Shown: piece by piece, positions 40,701 through 55,399 of the stretch
How positions within the stretch are numbered: position 1 is the stretch's first letter
How the letters are laid out: each line of letters begins with the position of its first letter
Assembly (NCBI GenBank): GCA_976226885.1
Contig: OZ320322.1
Location: 34,224,001-34,288,000, forward strand
DNA length: 64,000 bases
DNA from: Iphione sp. A-MEVVRFRX5
Taxonomy: Eukaryota
Direction: 5' to 3'
Made by a program: the position numbers and the translations under genes
Notes under the pieces: generated by a model
Database searches by the model: none
The model's input: the letters and a program-made list of their open reading frames with translations, nothing else
What the model was told of the DNA's origin: nothing

Positions 40701-43700
40701 TCGCTTCTCTTTCCCTTTCTGTCTCTCCTATTACCTGTCTCTCCCCCCCCCGCCTTTCCTTCTTTTTGTCTCTTCGTCCCACAGCGGTCATGGATTTCCA
40801 AATAACGTTTCACCAAGAATTTAGGACGCCAAACAACGATTGACGCTGAACCTCCAGTGTTAGATAACAATTGGCGATGAACTGCCGAGGCAAATAACAT
40901 TTGGCGTGGAATTCAAATGTCTATTGGCGCTCATCAAGACAGTTGCCCTCCCCCGTCCCCAGTCTCTCCGCGTCTCTACCCTCTAGCACCTCCCTTTCCG
41001 TTCTCCCTCTCCTCTGTACTGTGCATCTATATATTCTCTTCCTTTCTGTCGTTCTCTCTCACCTCCCATCTGTTTCCTTCCCAGATATTTTCTGTTTCTT
41101 CCCTTCTGCTTCTCAATCTGTACCTCCCATAATTAACTTCCGTTCCTTTCCTCCTCTCTACCTGCCTTCTACCGCCTACTCATCGGTTCACCATTTACTC
41201 CCTGCCTTCTGCTCTCTCATGTACGTTCGATCTCCCATTCCCTGGATTCATCAAAATATTCTTGCATCTTTGTTTATTATCATTTTTCCTTCTATCCATT
41301 CTTAGACTACCCTGTGCTCCTCATTCCTCTGTATTTCCACCCTTGTGCCCGCTGTCTCTCTCGTTGTTTCTCTCTCTCTCCTTTTCTATCCACCATATTC
41401 TCTTCCCTGTACCCTTCGCCTTTGACCGTTGCTATGTACACACTCATGCCACTATCCCCGACTCTATCGTCCCTCCGTTCCCCTCCCTTTCCGTCTATCC
41501 TCCTCTACCGCCTTACCCCACACTGCACCACCCCCACAGCACTAACCTTGGACCATGTCTTCGGGCGTTTCTTTATTGATTTGTTCCTGTCTCCCTGTTA
41601 GCGTCTACCAGGCTGTTTCACAGCTCTCATGGACACCTTCTTACAGCCTCAGGCGGACCGCACCTAACACCTCCAACATCCAAAGACAAACATGTAAACA
41701 CACAAATAAATGCACATATTCTTATATTTGCCTCAACGTAACCCCTTGACTACATACACATGCGTACAATCACACACACACTAACTGTGGCCGGCACCTA
41801 TACAAAGGTTGATGATACTTAAAGGGGGCGTGTTCCAAGTTTAGGTTTTCAGTTGATGATGCAGAAGTCTGTTAGATTACCATTACTCATGCAGAATAGG
41901 AATAAAAACTGCACAGGTACGGCAATGCAATGTAGCCCTCAGATAAACACAGAACACACATGTGAACACACTACAATCCTATGTATGTGTACATGTACAG
42001 TGGCTACTCTGTAACTGGTTACTACATGACCGACTTGTACTCCTTAACCAACTGGTCTTTGAGAAACAAGATGATTGGAGCCTCTGAAATGATCTATTCC
42101 CTTAAGTTCTAATATAAGCGACGAAATTGCCTGGAACAGCATTATTGTCGGTTATGAAAGGACCACTGTATACAAAGGCCTGATAGTTCAGGACATTAAC
42201 TTGTCGTACGTCTTGTGTGACGGTCGTTACTAGTACGCCCCAACATCCGGTACATGGTGCTTTTATGGGGTAATCATATCGACTTGGATAAAAACATAGT
42301 GATTTTCTTTCTCCTCTCATTAATTTTGTATTATTGCTTACGTAGCAATACTCTTTTTAGTGCTTGTATCCGTAAGGAGTCGGGCTCGGGTACGTTCGTC
42401 TGTGGGGAAGGAGGGGTTGACTATGTCCGCCTCAGGTAAATTACCCATTATCTCATCAACTTCATGCTGGGTATATATGTATAATACATCCAACAGACAC
42501 ACCTTTATGTCGCGCCAGCGATCAGATCTCTGCTTGCCTTTCCATGTCGCAGTCTCTCCTCTGTCTCTCCCATCCTCTCCGTCCTGACTTCCCGTGGCTA
42601 GACCGCTAACTTTCTGCTCTGTTTCTCATGTTCATAAGCCATCCATGGCAGTGAATAACAACCGTAAATGAATTAAAGACATATTGTGTCTGTACTATAA
42701 ATCTGTTCTTCTCCTTCTCTTTGTTTCTTTATCCGTCTCCCTCGCTCTCTATCTCGACTAAATTCTTCTGTTTCAATCTCCCTTTTCCCTTCCCCTCGTT
42801 CTAATCTCTTAGCCTCCTTCCACCCTATTCTCACCTTCTCCACCCTTTTTCCTCCTTCCCTCTTTTCTCTGCCACATTTTCTATCTCTGTCCCTCCCCAT
42901 GCTTCCCTCTCTCTTTTCCTCCCTACCAAGCTACCAGTCTACTCTGACCTCCTCTAGTTTCTACTCTCTCTGACTCTCCTCGACAGGACCCATTACTTGT
43001 CCCTAACTTTCTCCCCTCGATCATCGTCCCTCTTTATGCAGCCCTCCCCTTTGCCTGTCGTTGCTTGCTGTCACCCTTCGTGTGTTCTCTTTCTCTCATT
43101 CCCTCTCTGGGATTCTTTTTCCCCCTATGCTTATATATTTCTCTCCCTCTCTTGCAGCTTCCTCCCGCTTAAATCTCTCTCGTATATTTCCTTGCATCTC
43201 CCCAGTCTCTCCGTTTCTCTCTTACATTTTCCGCAATACAGCAGAAACTAATAAAATATGTAATCTGCCCTTCCATTTCGCTATTAAGATTCCTAAGTCA
43301 AGGATCTCTTCACAAATTACAAGCTGCTCTTCCACGATGAGAAGTGATGATAATAGTATATTCAGATGCTTTATTTGGTTCTCATCCAACAAATAGGACT
43401 TGATTCCGACACCTCGGATAAAAATGTCACAACAGAAGTTCAACCGAAAAATCCCGCCCAAATATGGGAGGCGGTCATCCAAACACAGGTACTGCCAAAA
43501 TGCCGCGCATCTTTGTGTTCTGACATCTCAGAAACTAGTAACAACGGAAACAGCTTTGATCTTCATTGCAAAAAGAACCACACCCAAACATCCCCGAACT
43601 AAAAAACACCTGAGAACTACTTCTCACAATACCTTTGGTATGGAACAGAAACACAAGACAAGTTTGCATACATCATACTAACGGCACGTAACTACCATCC

Positions 43701-46700
43701 CCATCGACCTCTCCAAGCTACAGCAGTGCAATACCGGTATACCGACAGTCCGATCTGCAAAATGCGGCCCCAGGACCCTCCTGTGCTCCTCTCCACTGTA
43801 ACTATTCAGCTCATCTCGTGTCTTCCCTAAATGTGGATGTACTAATCATGCTCTAGTGCAAACCGCTCTTAATCAGGATCCATCTTAGTGTACAGCTGTT
43901 TACTACTAGATTTTCGTAGGAGTGCTTGACTTTGCATGGTCACCGACCATAGTATATACCATATTGCTTCGTTTTCTCTACTTTAATCTCAGACCAGTAA
44001 CTTTTTGCATAAAGCATCAGCATATCTTTATATCTTACTGCAGGCCATGTGTCTACCACTTGTTTGCCAGTCTGATTTATCAATAGAACAAAATATAGCT
44101 TCTCCTGATGTCCATATTGTGACTTTTATGAAAAACCGATTTCACTGTCTAGCCCTGTGTTTGTGATTTGCATTGCATCGTGACTGTACCGTCAATTTCA
44201 GAAATACTCTCCTAAAACATCTTGTGCCTTTTCATGTTGTACCCATATGTTCACAAAATTAATATGTTTATACATTGTACCGAACATTTACGGATACGCC
44301 TATATTGTAATCATAAGCTCACTCATATATTCAAATTACCGTTAAATACTTATAAGCAAAATTGTAATATATACATATATCATATATATGCCTTGTGATA
44401 TGGCCGCGATCTAGGCGTCCTACAGGAGCAATTTTCTGGTTTATTTCGTAGACTGACGTTAATTCCAGTTGAGAAAGTCAAGAGCTCTGCCTTTGTGTCC
44501 TTCTTCCTTTATATCTGCTCATTCTCTCTCACTAATCTTAGACGCATTGTTGTGGTGAGGAATGGAGCTGATTCTTCCTACATAGAAATGTCTGTCTCTT
44601 GTGCCCTCTCTCCACACTTACCCGCTGTTTGGCTTCCTAACTCTCCACGCCCTCTTCCTGTTACCTTTATACTAAACTCACAATTATTTCTGTTATCTTC
44701 TCGTCGCAGCTAACTATTTATGGTCTTCTGTCTCACTGTCTCATTTGTTCCTGCTTTTTCCTCCACCCAACCATGTCTCTCCTGAGCTATATATTTTTCC
44801 ATCTCTCTCTCCGTTTCCCTTTCTACCAACACCCGTACAGATCTGTAAAGCACCTCTATTTCCACACACATTTTTGAACCTCTGCCTTTCCTTTCGTCTC
44901 TTTCAGTCTATCTATCCCTTTCTCCTTCTCTTATTACACACGTTAAGATTTTATCTGTTTGTATTGTAAAATGTTTTTGCTATTAATATAGTTTGTGTTG
45001 CATTCTGATACAACTCTTCAATGGAAGGATCGCCAGCAGTAGAAAGAACCCCTTACATTAATTATGTTTGCCATTTTTTTCAGACAGTGTCTGAAAATAG
45101 AGCAAGCTGATTGGTGGAAATACTAATGTGACTACACAAATAGTAAAAAAAATTATTGTAGCAACGATGTCTAACGATTTATCCATTGTTAATACTTTCT
45201 CCCAATCGATAGAGCTTCTCTCTCTTCTCTTCAGTGTCATCCATCTTGTCCTCTTCAAACCCTTTTCTTTGAGACACGAACCACTACCTCGACTGCTGTC
45301 CCTCCGTCTGTCCTACACGCAGAACGGGCCAAAAGCATATAAACCGTTTTTGCTCGTCCCTCACCGACCCTGCCTACCCCAACTCTCTCTTCCTCGCCTA
45401 CTTGCATTCTTTGTGCACCTTCGTGGCATCCAGGAAGACCTAATAAGACACGTAGTCTCTCACATTGAAATGCTCTCCCTCCATTCATTAACCAGTAGTT
45501 AATCCCTCCTTTAACACATACACACACACATACAGCCCCATCTTCCACCATACTTGACCCTCACACTTATAAAATCTGTATAAATGTCAAGGTTATCAGG
45601 TCGTGAGGGGGAAGGGGTTATGGGTGTTGTTTCACACATCGATCATTCTACGATACCCGCTACAGAAGACCATAACAGAAGATTAGTGTGGTATCCAAAT
45701 TCTTTTGAGATTCTGTCACATACTGCAAGGCGGGTTGCATGACAATTCATGGAATACTTTACTCCGCACGTAAAGCTGGACACATCAAGAGAAGAAACAC
45801 CTTGTTCCCCATTTCAAAGCATTAGGTATGACATCACCTGAGGATATCCTTGCCTTAACTCCAGAGGGTATGGCAAACGACAGAATGTCCAGTTGCTCAA
45901 TCCAAGGCAGAAAGTAGGACATTAAATGCAAAAAGATATAGGGCAGTAAATGCATTCATTACAACATCTGACTTTTTGTGTACTCAAAAAGGGCTTTATA
46001 CATGCTGAAGTATTTTTCCCGTGTACTAAGTGTATGCATAACAACCTTGTTGGCAAATCTCCTGGCCACTTGTTAACCATATAACATATGTGTTCTATCT
46101 GACCCATGACTAATGTATGATAAACATGTCATCTCCTTTTATTTCACCCTGCACTGACTTATCATAAGCCTACCATTGTCTTCTTGCTAACCTATGACTG
46201 TTGTGTAATAGCTTAATTGTACCTGTCTCACCCACTTCTGATTTACGTTTTAGATAAGGGTAAGTTGGACATTTGCTTCTTGCCAACCTATTCTGGTCAT
46301 CTCTGTCTATTTCGTCTAACATGTTGTTTATGTCTTTACCTTATTCACCTTATGGCCCACCCATTACCCCATGCGCATACACATGTCAGTTCCAGACTAT
46401 CTCTCCAAATAGATACATCCTGATCTGACTTACTCGTGGTGTCTATCCACTTACACCTTTCCCATTTTACATAGACAGTATTACTGGGTGAGAGCGGCAT
46501 CCGTTTTATTCATATTCCTCCCTTATTCTTATTTCACTGCATCATTCCACTAATTTGTTATTTCATTACCTCAACCTCATATGTACACATGTGTTTTCGC
46601 TAAAATCAAATTTCATTTCATTTCATGCCACCTCATTGCCGCAAGGCTCGATCTATAGTGAAACTTAAGTAGATGTAAAATACTGGAATAATGTGAAAAT

Positions 46701-49100
46701 TGTACTCTGTCATCCATTGGAAATAAAAAGTCAATAATATTATCTATGTAATCCTAGTATCCAACCACCATTTGTCTTCCATTATCTGAGCATTTATCAT
46801 CACTCGGGCATTGTGCCAATTGCTTACATGTATTTTGATATTCAAACTAGTTACCTTACTTGTCCTATTATTTTTTCGAATTCCACATCATTTATCGTAA
46901 TTTGTCCACTCTTTTGCAGTTTGTTTTCACTGATAACTTCATGTTTACTTAATAGCATATTCATTGACCTGTCGCGATTCAAATGTATGCTCTTATCCAA
47001 TCAACCTTGCATTTTCTCCGACCCACTATTCATCCACTTACATAGTGCTTTTATCCTTCTGATATCTGTCCCATAAACCACTTGTACTTTGTAACTTAAA
47101 AGCTCATTAACAAGACAGTGCCTCTAATGACCCTTCCGTGTGGTCGATTCACACTGTCACTACAACTCACATATGGCCACCTATAATGTACTGATTAAGA
47201 GACAAGAAAAAGTACCAATCTTTGCATAATGAATATTTTACGTCAGTCAGTAAAACCAGACCTACCTATATATATATATATATAAACTTACCCCATTCTA
47301 TTCCCATCCTAACTTAATAAGATGCAAATCAATGGACATTGCCATTACATTTCTGCATTTCATTATCGCAAATTGTCCTAAACTTCTCATGTCCTTTTCA
47401 CCCAGTCAACTCTATAGGTTGTGATAGGAATATTTTTGCTTGTCTTTACTTCGGTGCTAATAATGCCCAGGTTAAATATCATGATAAAGTGTTCAATCCT
47501 AACATTCTCCATCCCAATGCCACTATCAACCCATTTACCTGGATATTCTACATTGTTCCGTCAGCCAAACGTATCATACACGTGTTTCTTTACCACCACA
47601 TCATCACCTGTTTCCTCACTCTCGATTTTGACAGCTCACGTCGTCAAAAGTATTTCATTTGCAAATGCTATACCTCCATTATGTTTCCAAATATTATTAT
47701 GCCAATTACTACTTTGTGCCACACGAATATTTTACCTGCGAGTTCAAAATCCCAATATTATCAGCGAAAGTTAACTTACAATTTCTTACCCATGTCTGCA
47801 TCTAAAGACACACTTTCGTGCCATATCAAAGTTATTTGACCCCTCTCTACTATTGCTAAGTATTATTCCACAGCTTGTCGTCACCACGCGTTTGAAATCG
47901 CCAAGGAGTTTAAGCTCTACAGTCAATAAGTAACGTTTCCTACCTATAGTGGTCGGTACGGCTGGCGGCGGGCAGGCACAAGTCTGAAGTAGCTGTTCTG
48001 GTTGTGGACTAGTTCTCTCTGTCTTTACGTGTCTGTGGGTGACTTGTTCTTTGCTCTCTTTCTCTCCGCGCTCTCCGCCCGTCGTCTCACCACTGACTCT
48101 GAGCCCCTCAGCTTCAGCCCGTCCTTGCCAGCTCCGCCCCCGCTCGCCCCCGCAGCCCCTCTCGTCCACCCCCTGCGACTCGCACTTTTCATTGGTGCTT
48201 CCTACCTCAGACCACGCCCAGTCTTACACCCTCCCAACAACTACCCCCACCCTCCACAGTCCACGCCCACTGCATCTCTGCGGCGCAAAGGGGACGCCGT
48301 TTTTTTAGCATCATTACTTGATGTTTCCATGGCTGTCCTGATAACTGTCCTTTTCATAGTCGTGATCCGCCTGTCTATCTACCTTTTATCTAATACAGCT
48401 CCAACTCGATTTTTTTCATGTTTCTCCTTCCGCCACAACCTACTTTATGTGTAAAGATTTCTTTCTGTATGTCAGTACCTTCATATCTGTCCCAGTATCT
48501 TTACACCTTCCACCAGAGTCCATTCTTCGTCTCTCTATTGGTTCTCAGTCTTCAAATTTTCCATGCCTGTCCCTATATCTGTCTGATCTCAGCTCATACA
48601 TTTATACCATGTATGTTCCCATATTTGGGCTCCCAGTCTCTTCTGTCCCTACTTCTTTACATATCTTCCCATTGTCTTCATATCTGTCCCTTGCAGTACA
48701 TTATCTTTCTCTATTCATATATCTGATTCCCATCAGTACCAATATTCATCATCTTTATTCTCATGTTCATTCTTCTGTTATGCAGGGGTCCTCTTTCCTT
48801 TCCCTAATACTAGTTCCTCTAATTCCTATCCAAACTGCCGCAATTTATGTCCTATCCTATACTCATGCCTCTCCTTCCTCTGTCCTAAGATGCCTGTCTT
48901 CTCTATCCTCGTACATGTATCTGTCTCTCTCTATCCCCATATCTTTCCTCTTGCGGTCAATGTACATAAGTGTCCTCTCTCTGAATGTGCACCGTAGCAG
49001 TAATTGTTCTTAACTGTTCTCACTCTGCCCTCATATGGATCGACCCTCTTCTTTGTGCAAATGCCTGATTAATTTGTCCATTCCTCAACCTAAGTATATA

Positions 49101-49270
49101 TAGTAAAACCTCAGAACTGGTGACATCCAAGATAGGGAACCCCCTTCAATGGAGGACATTTTCAAAGAGAACAGCTTCTTTTGTGCGTTATGCATCGCGC
49201 AACTCAGGACTTGAGATGCCCCCTAAATGGGGACATTTTTATGGGCACCCCCAGTTCTGAGGTTCCACTC
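49101..49270. mobile_element. MITE, Tc1/mariner pogo/Tigger-like
   Basis: Terminal inverted repeats TAGTAAAACCTCAGAACTGG (49101-49120) and CCAGTTCTGAGGTTCCACTC (49251-49270). TA dinucleotides flank both ends, and the ends resemble the CAGT start typical of pogo/Tigger TIRs. Length is 170 bp with no ORF. Confidence 0.75.
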
Positions 49271-49861
49271 TATCTGTATTCTCTGTATCTGCATACATGG
49301 TATATTTTGTCTTCCAATATTTTGTACACGTTCCATAATTACCTGTTTATTCGGTTAAAGTGTTTGTTTTCCCTGCTAACTCCAACACTATCTCAATTTA
49401 TTCATAATTTAGCACCTGTTGGTTATCCCATCTCCACTATAATATTTAGACAGGAAGAGAAATAAAGTAAGAGCAGACGAAGAAAGAAACCGCATGTAGA
49501 AGAGAGAGAGATGACCAGACTGCTTTCACATTTTTCTCCTGCTGACTCTCCTCATGCCCCGTAGTTGTATCCCCTTTCCGACGGTCTCCGATTCTTACCT
49601 TTGCGTCCCCTTTATGTTTATCTGCTTTCTGTATCTCCCGTTTCTATATCTTTGCGTAGCTTTAACTTTATTGTCCTCCTTTTTGTGAAACTGATCTAAT
49701 TGCCTATCTTCATTGTGACGCTGTCACGTTTTTAATTGACTTTGACCATATTCCCCTCTCTGATTCTCGCCTCTTCCTTATCTTCCTCCTACTCTTCCTC
49801 CTCCTCTCTCGTTTTCTCTTTATCTCTCTGTCCTTCTCTTTCCTTCTCTCTCTTGCTCTCC

Positions 49862-50003
49862 CTTACTACATGTGTCCAATATTTTCTGTCTCTTCTTTCC
49901 TGGCTCATTTTCACACTTTCCTTTCACCATCTCTTACTACATGTGTCTAATATTTTCTGTCTCTTCTTTCCTGGCTCATTTTCACACTTTCCTTTCACCA
50001 TCT
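49862..50003. repeat. 71-bp tandem duplication
   Basis: cttactacatgtgtc(c/t)aatattttctgtctcttctttcctggctcattttcacactttcctttcaccatct at 49862 and 49933. Confidence 0.9.
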
Positions 50004-52988
50004 TTCTTCTGGTCTTCTCTAGATGTCTACTCCACCCTACTGGCCCATTCCCGTTAAAGGGTAACAGATAGCCCTTCGTAGTGCGAACCCATCTCCGTCT
50101 CTGAGCCTCCCCCGCTTTCCCGTCTCCCCCGTCTCCTCCGTCTGCCCCCGCCGACCTCCCGGGTCAGGAGAGTGCCCTGCTGCCCATTTCTTGTTATTTG
50201 TGGGAGGACGCCGGGTATTTGTACGATTGGCTTTTCTGTGTCGATATAAGGCCGTTGGTAATGTCTCCCTCCGCCCCCGTAGGGGATGCAGAGGCAGGTG
50301 AGGGGTGGGTAATGTGGGTGAGACGTAGGGGACTTAAGGATGAGGGGGACTAAATGAAGAGAGGACAGGGTCGAGAAGGGACATGAGAGGACAGTGAATG
50401 GGTAAGGAGCGGGAAGAGAAGGGGAATACGAGTGATTAAGGCAGGAGATTTCGTGAGACGAATAGAAGCTAAAAGGAGGACACACGAGGAAGAAGGAAGA
50501 ATAGATGAGAGAATGGTAGTAAAAGAGATGCGGGAGTACAGGGGAGGAGAAGGAGAAGGGGAGGGAGAAAAGGGTTCGTGTGAAGTGTGACTTGGGGAGA
50601 AGAGGACATCGCCAACAGCCTTGTATTGACATTACAAAGCCGATCAGAAAAATAGCCCATCCGCCCACCAATAGAATGTTACGGATCCATCAAGATTATT
50701 AATCTTATGACGCCAGCCTCTAGGAGGCGCGAAGAATGGGATAGTCAGCACATTATGACAACTTTACCAATGGACTACAGATAATTATAGATGAAGGTAT
50801 TATGTGAATCGTGCGGCAAAGTTCCTGTGGAGAGAGGTCAAACTTGTGGGAAAAGAAGGAATTCTGAAGGGAAAACAATAGATCGGAAGGGAGAGGAAGA
50901 AAGGCAGGGTTATTGAGGTACAGCGTATGTTAAGAGAGCAAAGCGAAACAAATCACAAACAGTAACAGAGGCTAGCGGAGAAGAGAGAAAGAAACAACAA
51001 CGTAAGACCGGAGGAAAGAAGTGGAAGGTACTGAGATCAGTAGAGGGAAATGGGAACATTGACTATGGGAAAAATAGATGCAGCAATTTCCATTGTTTAT
51101 GGAAACCATTTTATTCCAAATGAGAATAGAAGGTCTTCCCTGAACTTTGAAATGGAGAACGGCAAGAAAGACAGATGGAGAAATGATGTCAAATTACCTT
51201 ATGTTGTAACAAAGCTATTCGACTTCACTTTTTGTTCTTTCTTTATAGCAAGAATACCTTTATGTGATACAATGATTTGGTCAATAAACAATGCAATACA
51301 AATGACAAGTATGTTGTCGTAGGGAAAGACAGATAGACCAGAAAAGAGAAATTGAGAAGTTACACAACAAAATGGATACAGCCGCTGCAAAGAGGAGAGC
51401 AAGCTACCGGGAAAAGTGGTGCCACATGGGACCACAGAAGGGGAAATCAAAGCGTAGGGATATCATTTGACCGTATAATTGCAGTAAGTATTGTATTAAG
51501 GATGTATTATGAAAAGTGACAGCACAGCTTTAAGACAGATCAGGAGAGAGTGAAGTAAAATATGTATATATGATGTTATCGTGTGAGTTTGACCAGTCAT
51601 TGACTTAGACAACGGAAGCAACATTTTAAAGAATGTTTACATAAAAGATGAAGCAAAGAGGCTTATATTGACAGTAATTATACGGATGCTATAAAGTTCC
51701 TAAAGGGTGAACTTTTAAGGTCTTATATAATGATAAAATGACTCATCGCATCAGGCAACCTTTGTAGGAAAATGCCTGAAGGCATCACCCACTGTGTACA
51801 CAGGAATACCACCAGTATCGCTTACCACTATGGGGTTAATGCACTTGTATAACAGGCTGTCAGGACTCAAACACCAACCCCTTACATAAGAGACATATGG
51901 CTACTACTGGTCTAACAGCATAGCTCTACCATTCCGATATATGAAGGCCTGAATATTCAACCTCTGACACAGGACTTGGCCAGGCAGGCATTTTACCCCA
52001 CACGCAAGAGCTAAGCTGTCATGTTCAAAGATACTTTATCCAACCCCTGCTCCATGTCATGAATTATATCCCTGAATGCGGTAGTTTTAGTCCACAGGCC
52101 ACCTAACCGAAAATAATGACATTGCATGTTGGTATGGCACGACCGGCCAAACCACTTGGCTGTTGGGCGTTTTGGGAGAGTGAGTAAAGAAGGAAACCTG
52201 TCACCATCCTCTCCATACCACCACACTTTTGTCGCTGACTTGCCTTGGTTTGTGATACCCAATGCTGGAGGAGGTCTTAGTTTTAGGACTCAAGTCCCAC
52301 TCTGCTAGAGGAAAGACTTACATTTAGCCCACTTACCAACAAACAAGGTTCAGATACACGCTACAACTAAAAGCGCTCTTCCTGCCATCACCGGGAGTAT
52401 ACCATTAATTTTGGATATCTTCCATTTGTTTAAATTTAAACGAACCACGTGACATCAGCTCCTGGTTCATCACTGACTCCAGCAGCATCCACCTAACGAT
52501 AGCATCCATGGAAGTAATTCATCCATACAGAAAAACATTTTACTTGCATTTAATCTTACAAATGTGAATGCTAGCTGAAGGCCTTCCCAGGCAAAAGCTT
52601 AGTGATGCCTCGAGGTATTTCCCTGTAAAGCATGAATGGTGCCTTGAGGTTGTCAGACAATTCCTGTTTCATATAGAACAATTATTGAGGGAAACTTTCG
52701 ACAGCAATTTCATCAGCCCTTCTGGGAGAGCTTACAAGAGGAATTTATACAGGTTTTTTAATGTTGAAAAATGTGTATTAAAAGAACAATATCCTTAATA
52801 GCCCTTCGCCCTTTGGAAGTACATGTACATATCTAGTATATATATAAGCAGATAACCTTGCGGTGTACTGACTCTATATGGTGTACTCCTGTCAGCCCTT
52901 ATAGGGTTCAAATCTGTATTCAGGGTGACACCTACTTTGAACGTCTTCGACAAATGATAATTCAAGTTTATTTCTGGTGAATTAAAAT

Positions 52989-53316
52989 AAATTCTACAAT
53001 CTTTGGTAATGTTTCGTCAGAGCAGCTGCAACTTGCTGACTCATGATTCCTCTTGCTTAATTCTTGGCGTGTAGTTCATATCCCTGATATCCTGAAGAGT
53101 TGATACCTGCCTCTCTAAATTTTGCGTGTCTTGTAACTTGATCAGTGTCCTTTTAGAAGACTTATTAAGAGCTACAATCAATGCTAAAGTTACGTAATTG
53201 TGAATTATTTCACTAATAGGCAAACAAGCGTATATCTCACTACTTAATTGATGTGAGACCCCAAGCTTAATGTTTATGCTGAAGTCAGCTCTCCTGGTGA
53301 ACTTCCCCGTTTGCAT
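52989..53316 (-). mobile_element. Probable Penelope-like element 3' remnant with a degenerate hammerhead ribozyme
   Basis: The minus strand reads ATCATGA-GTCAG...CTGAC-GAAAC-ATT...ATTGTA-GAATTT, which has hammerhead topology with a mutated core. An upstream frame gives RHAKFREAGI, resembling the R-K-x-R-E-A end of the PLE GIY-YIG domain. Confidence 0.4.
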
Positions 53317-54417
53317 TCTGGCGACTTATGATTAGAAACACTCCAATCGTGGATATTATTTTCTCCAAAGAGAGCGACCCCAGCCCTTATCTACCCTTCC
53401 ATAAACAGAATGTTCCTCTCCCTCCTAAAACAATAGGCATCTGAATAAAGAACGAGAGGAATGTGAAAAAGATGTGTCAATGATACTACTTCTTACCAGG
53501 TTCGATTCTTGTGTAACACGGTTTAGTTAGTGGCTACCAGAACTACACATTTCATTGTTATTTACCAATATAGAAGTTTTTTTTTCAAATTCAAATTCAA
53601 AACAAATTTATCATCCAACGAGGAAACAAGTGTTTATATATAGTATTCCGCATTAAACCACTGTAGTAGTAAAAAGATTGTAAGTTATGATGTTTATGAT
53701 AATGTAGTGGGGGCATGCCTGTCCTTGCTAAGAATAGACATCTATTCTGTGCCTTAGTGCTGTCATAGTTTCAATATAGTGTGGCTCTGTTATTTGGGTT
53801 ACCTGGGTCAGTGGTGGTTGACCTACAGGTTCACCTAAACAGATGCTCTCAAGTCTGTGGCAGGGACTACCTATCAGCAGCAACTATCTCGAGGAGATTT
53901 GGGATACCAAGAGTACAGGACCTCATGAGGAGAAGGGGGATCATTTCTATTCAAAAGCAGGTGAAGCTTGACATGATACCTCTAGAACAGACTACAGTAA
54001 TAAGGCATGGAGGGGAGGAGTGTGGTACACTTAGTCATCCAAGAAGCATGTGGTATGCTAGTAGTTGGTGCTACAATGAACTAAAGTGCTGGAATTAACT
54101 GCTACTGGCCATCAGAAATCTCCCTTCGCTAAATCTAAGAGTCTTTTCTAGTCTGTCTAACTAGTACATAGTGGACTCGCGATGTGCAGCTTCTCTACTG
54201 TGGTTGCTACAGTTGCCAATTGGGGCAACAATGGTGTACAGTTGCTGGTAATTGATGATAGTGGGACACCGTTGAGGGTGGGTGTTCCTAATAAATACTC
54301 AGGTGACCCTTGGTTCGGTGGTGTGTTGATGGAAATGCTAGGTTGATGAAGCCTCTCAATCTAGTTAGTTGCTAAATTACTGGTCAAACTTTACTGCAAC
54401 TTTGGAATGGAATGAAC

Positions 54418-54698
54418 TGTAACACAACTCAAGACGACACAGGTTTTCCAAGTTAGTTGATCTTTATTCCAACAGGTAGACACTACAAGGTGGCGGATCG
54501 GAGCTCTCCGAAAAGCGATGAGGGGATCCGGTCATTATATACCGATAGTCCGCATCCCTATGTCAAAGGTTAACACCCTTCCGGTCATAGTTCGTAACCT
54601 AGGTACAAAGTGCGTGACATATCGTAACCTTAGGTCATAGGTCTCCGGACCTTTGACCTATTCACGTGTCCTCGGGTCAGGACAGGTCAAGAATCACA
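54418..54698 (-). mobile_element. Probable solo LTR
   Basis: 281 bp with TGT...ACA termini, flanked by TGAAC/TTAAC (5-bp TSD with one mismatch). The minus strand has TATATAA followed downstream by AATAAAG, in LTR order. Confidence 0.6.
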
Positions 54699-55189
54699 TT
54701 AACCCTCTGTCCCACCCTAACACCCTTCGATGATGGATGTGAAAGCTGTCATCACCCACCCTGGAAGTGCCTCGAAATCTCCCCTCCGACCCTATGTTTG
54801 TTTAGACTGACCCGTCACCTGGACATAGTTTATGAGTGTCTACTGGTGTGCGGGATCTCGATTCCCAGACTGTCGATGGCGCCATGTCAGAGACATGATA
54901 CACCTGTTGTCTGTGAATCGAGGATCCGCGTTAAAAGACTTATATCTATACACTGTACAATTAGAACTCTCTCTCTTACTACTGCGTTTCACGGTCATAT
55001 TCATTATAGCAGATACGCACAAACATCTCCTTAATGTATACACAGTCGTATGCACATAGTTACAGTATAATGTGCGCAATACAATGTCCAATGAAAGACC
55101 ATTAAAACAATGTCCGCATGTCTGCCAAACTTGTGATTCGTATCTATGTGAAACTCAATCATTCCGTCGCACCATATCCGCGACTTGGT

Positions 55190-55218
55190 TGTCCGAATGT
55201 CCGAATGTCCGAATGTCC
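55190..55218. repeat. (TGTCCGAA)n 8-mer repeat, ~3.6 copies
   Basis: Direct reading. Confidence 0.85.
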
Positions 55219-55399
55219 ACTACATAACACTACTGTGTTACAGAACCATATTTGATGATCGTTGTCATTATTTCTTGTTGCCTTCTTTGTTGGAGCCCAA
55301 GCTCACATTACAGTATCTTGCATCTAGCTGTTATTACTTGAGTGTCTATAATGCACTATTGCACCTTGTGCTATGAGCCTTTTGTATTCACCTATATTC

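Noticed and set aside
44105-44180. LINE C-terminal CCHC zinc finger (CPYC...)
   Set aside because: It needs frameshifts to fit and has no supporting RT fragments nearby.
50677-50830. LTR start TGTTACGG similar to the main element's LTR
   Set aside because: Similarity stops after 8 nt, and I found no matching CA end or TSD.
557-51450. Dozens of 60-230 aa ORFs rich in Leu/Ser/Pro/Phe or Arg/Glu/Gly
   Set aside because: They fall in CT- or GA-skewed low-complexity tracts that lack stop codons by composition. They show no domain motifs and often overlap in several frames.
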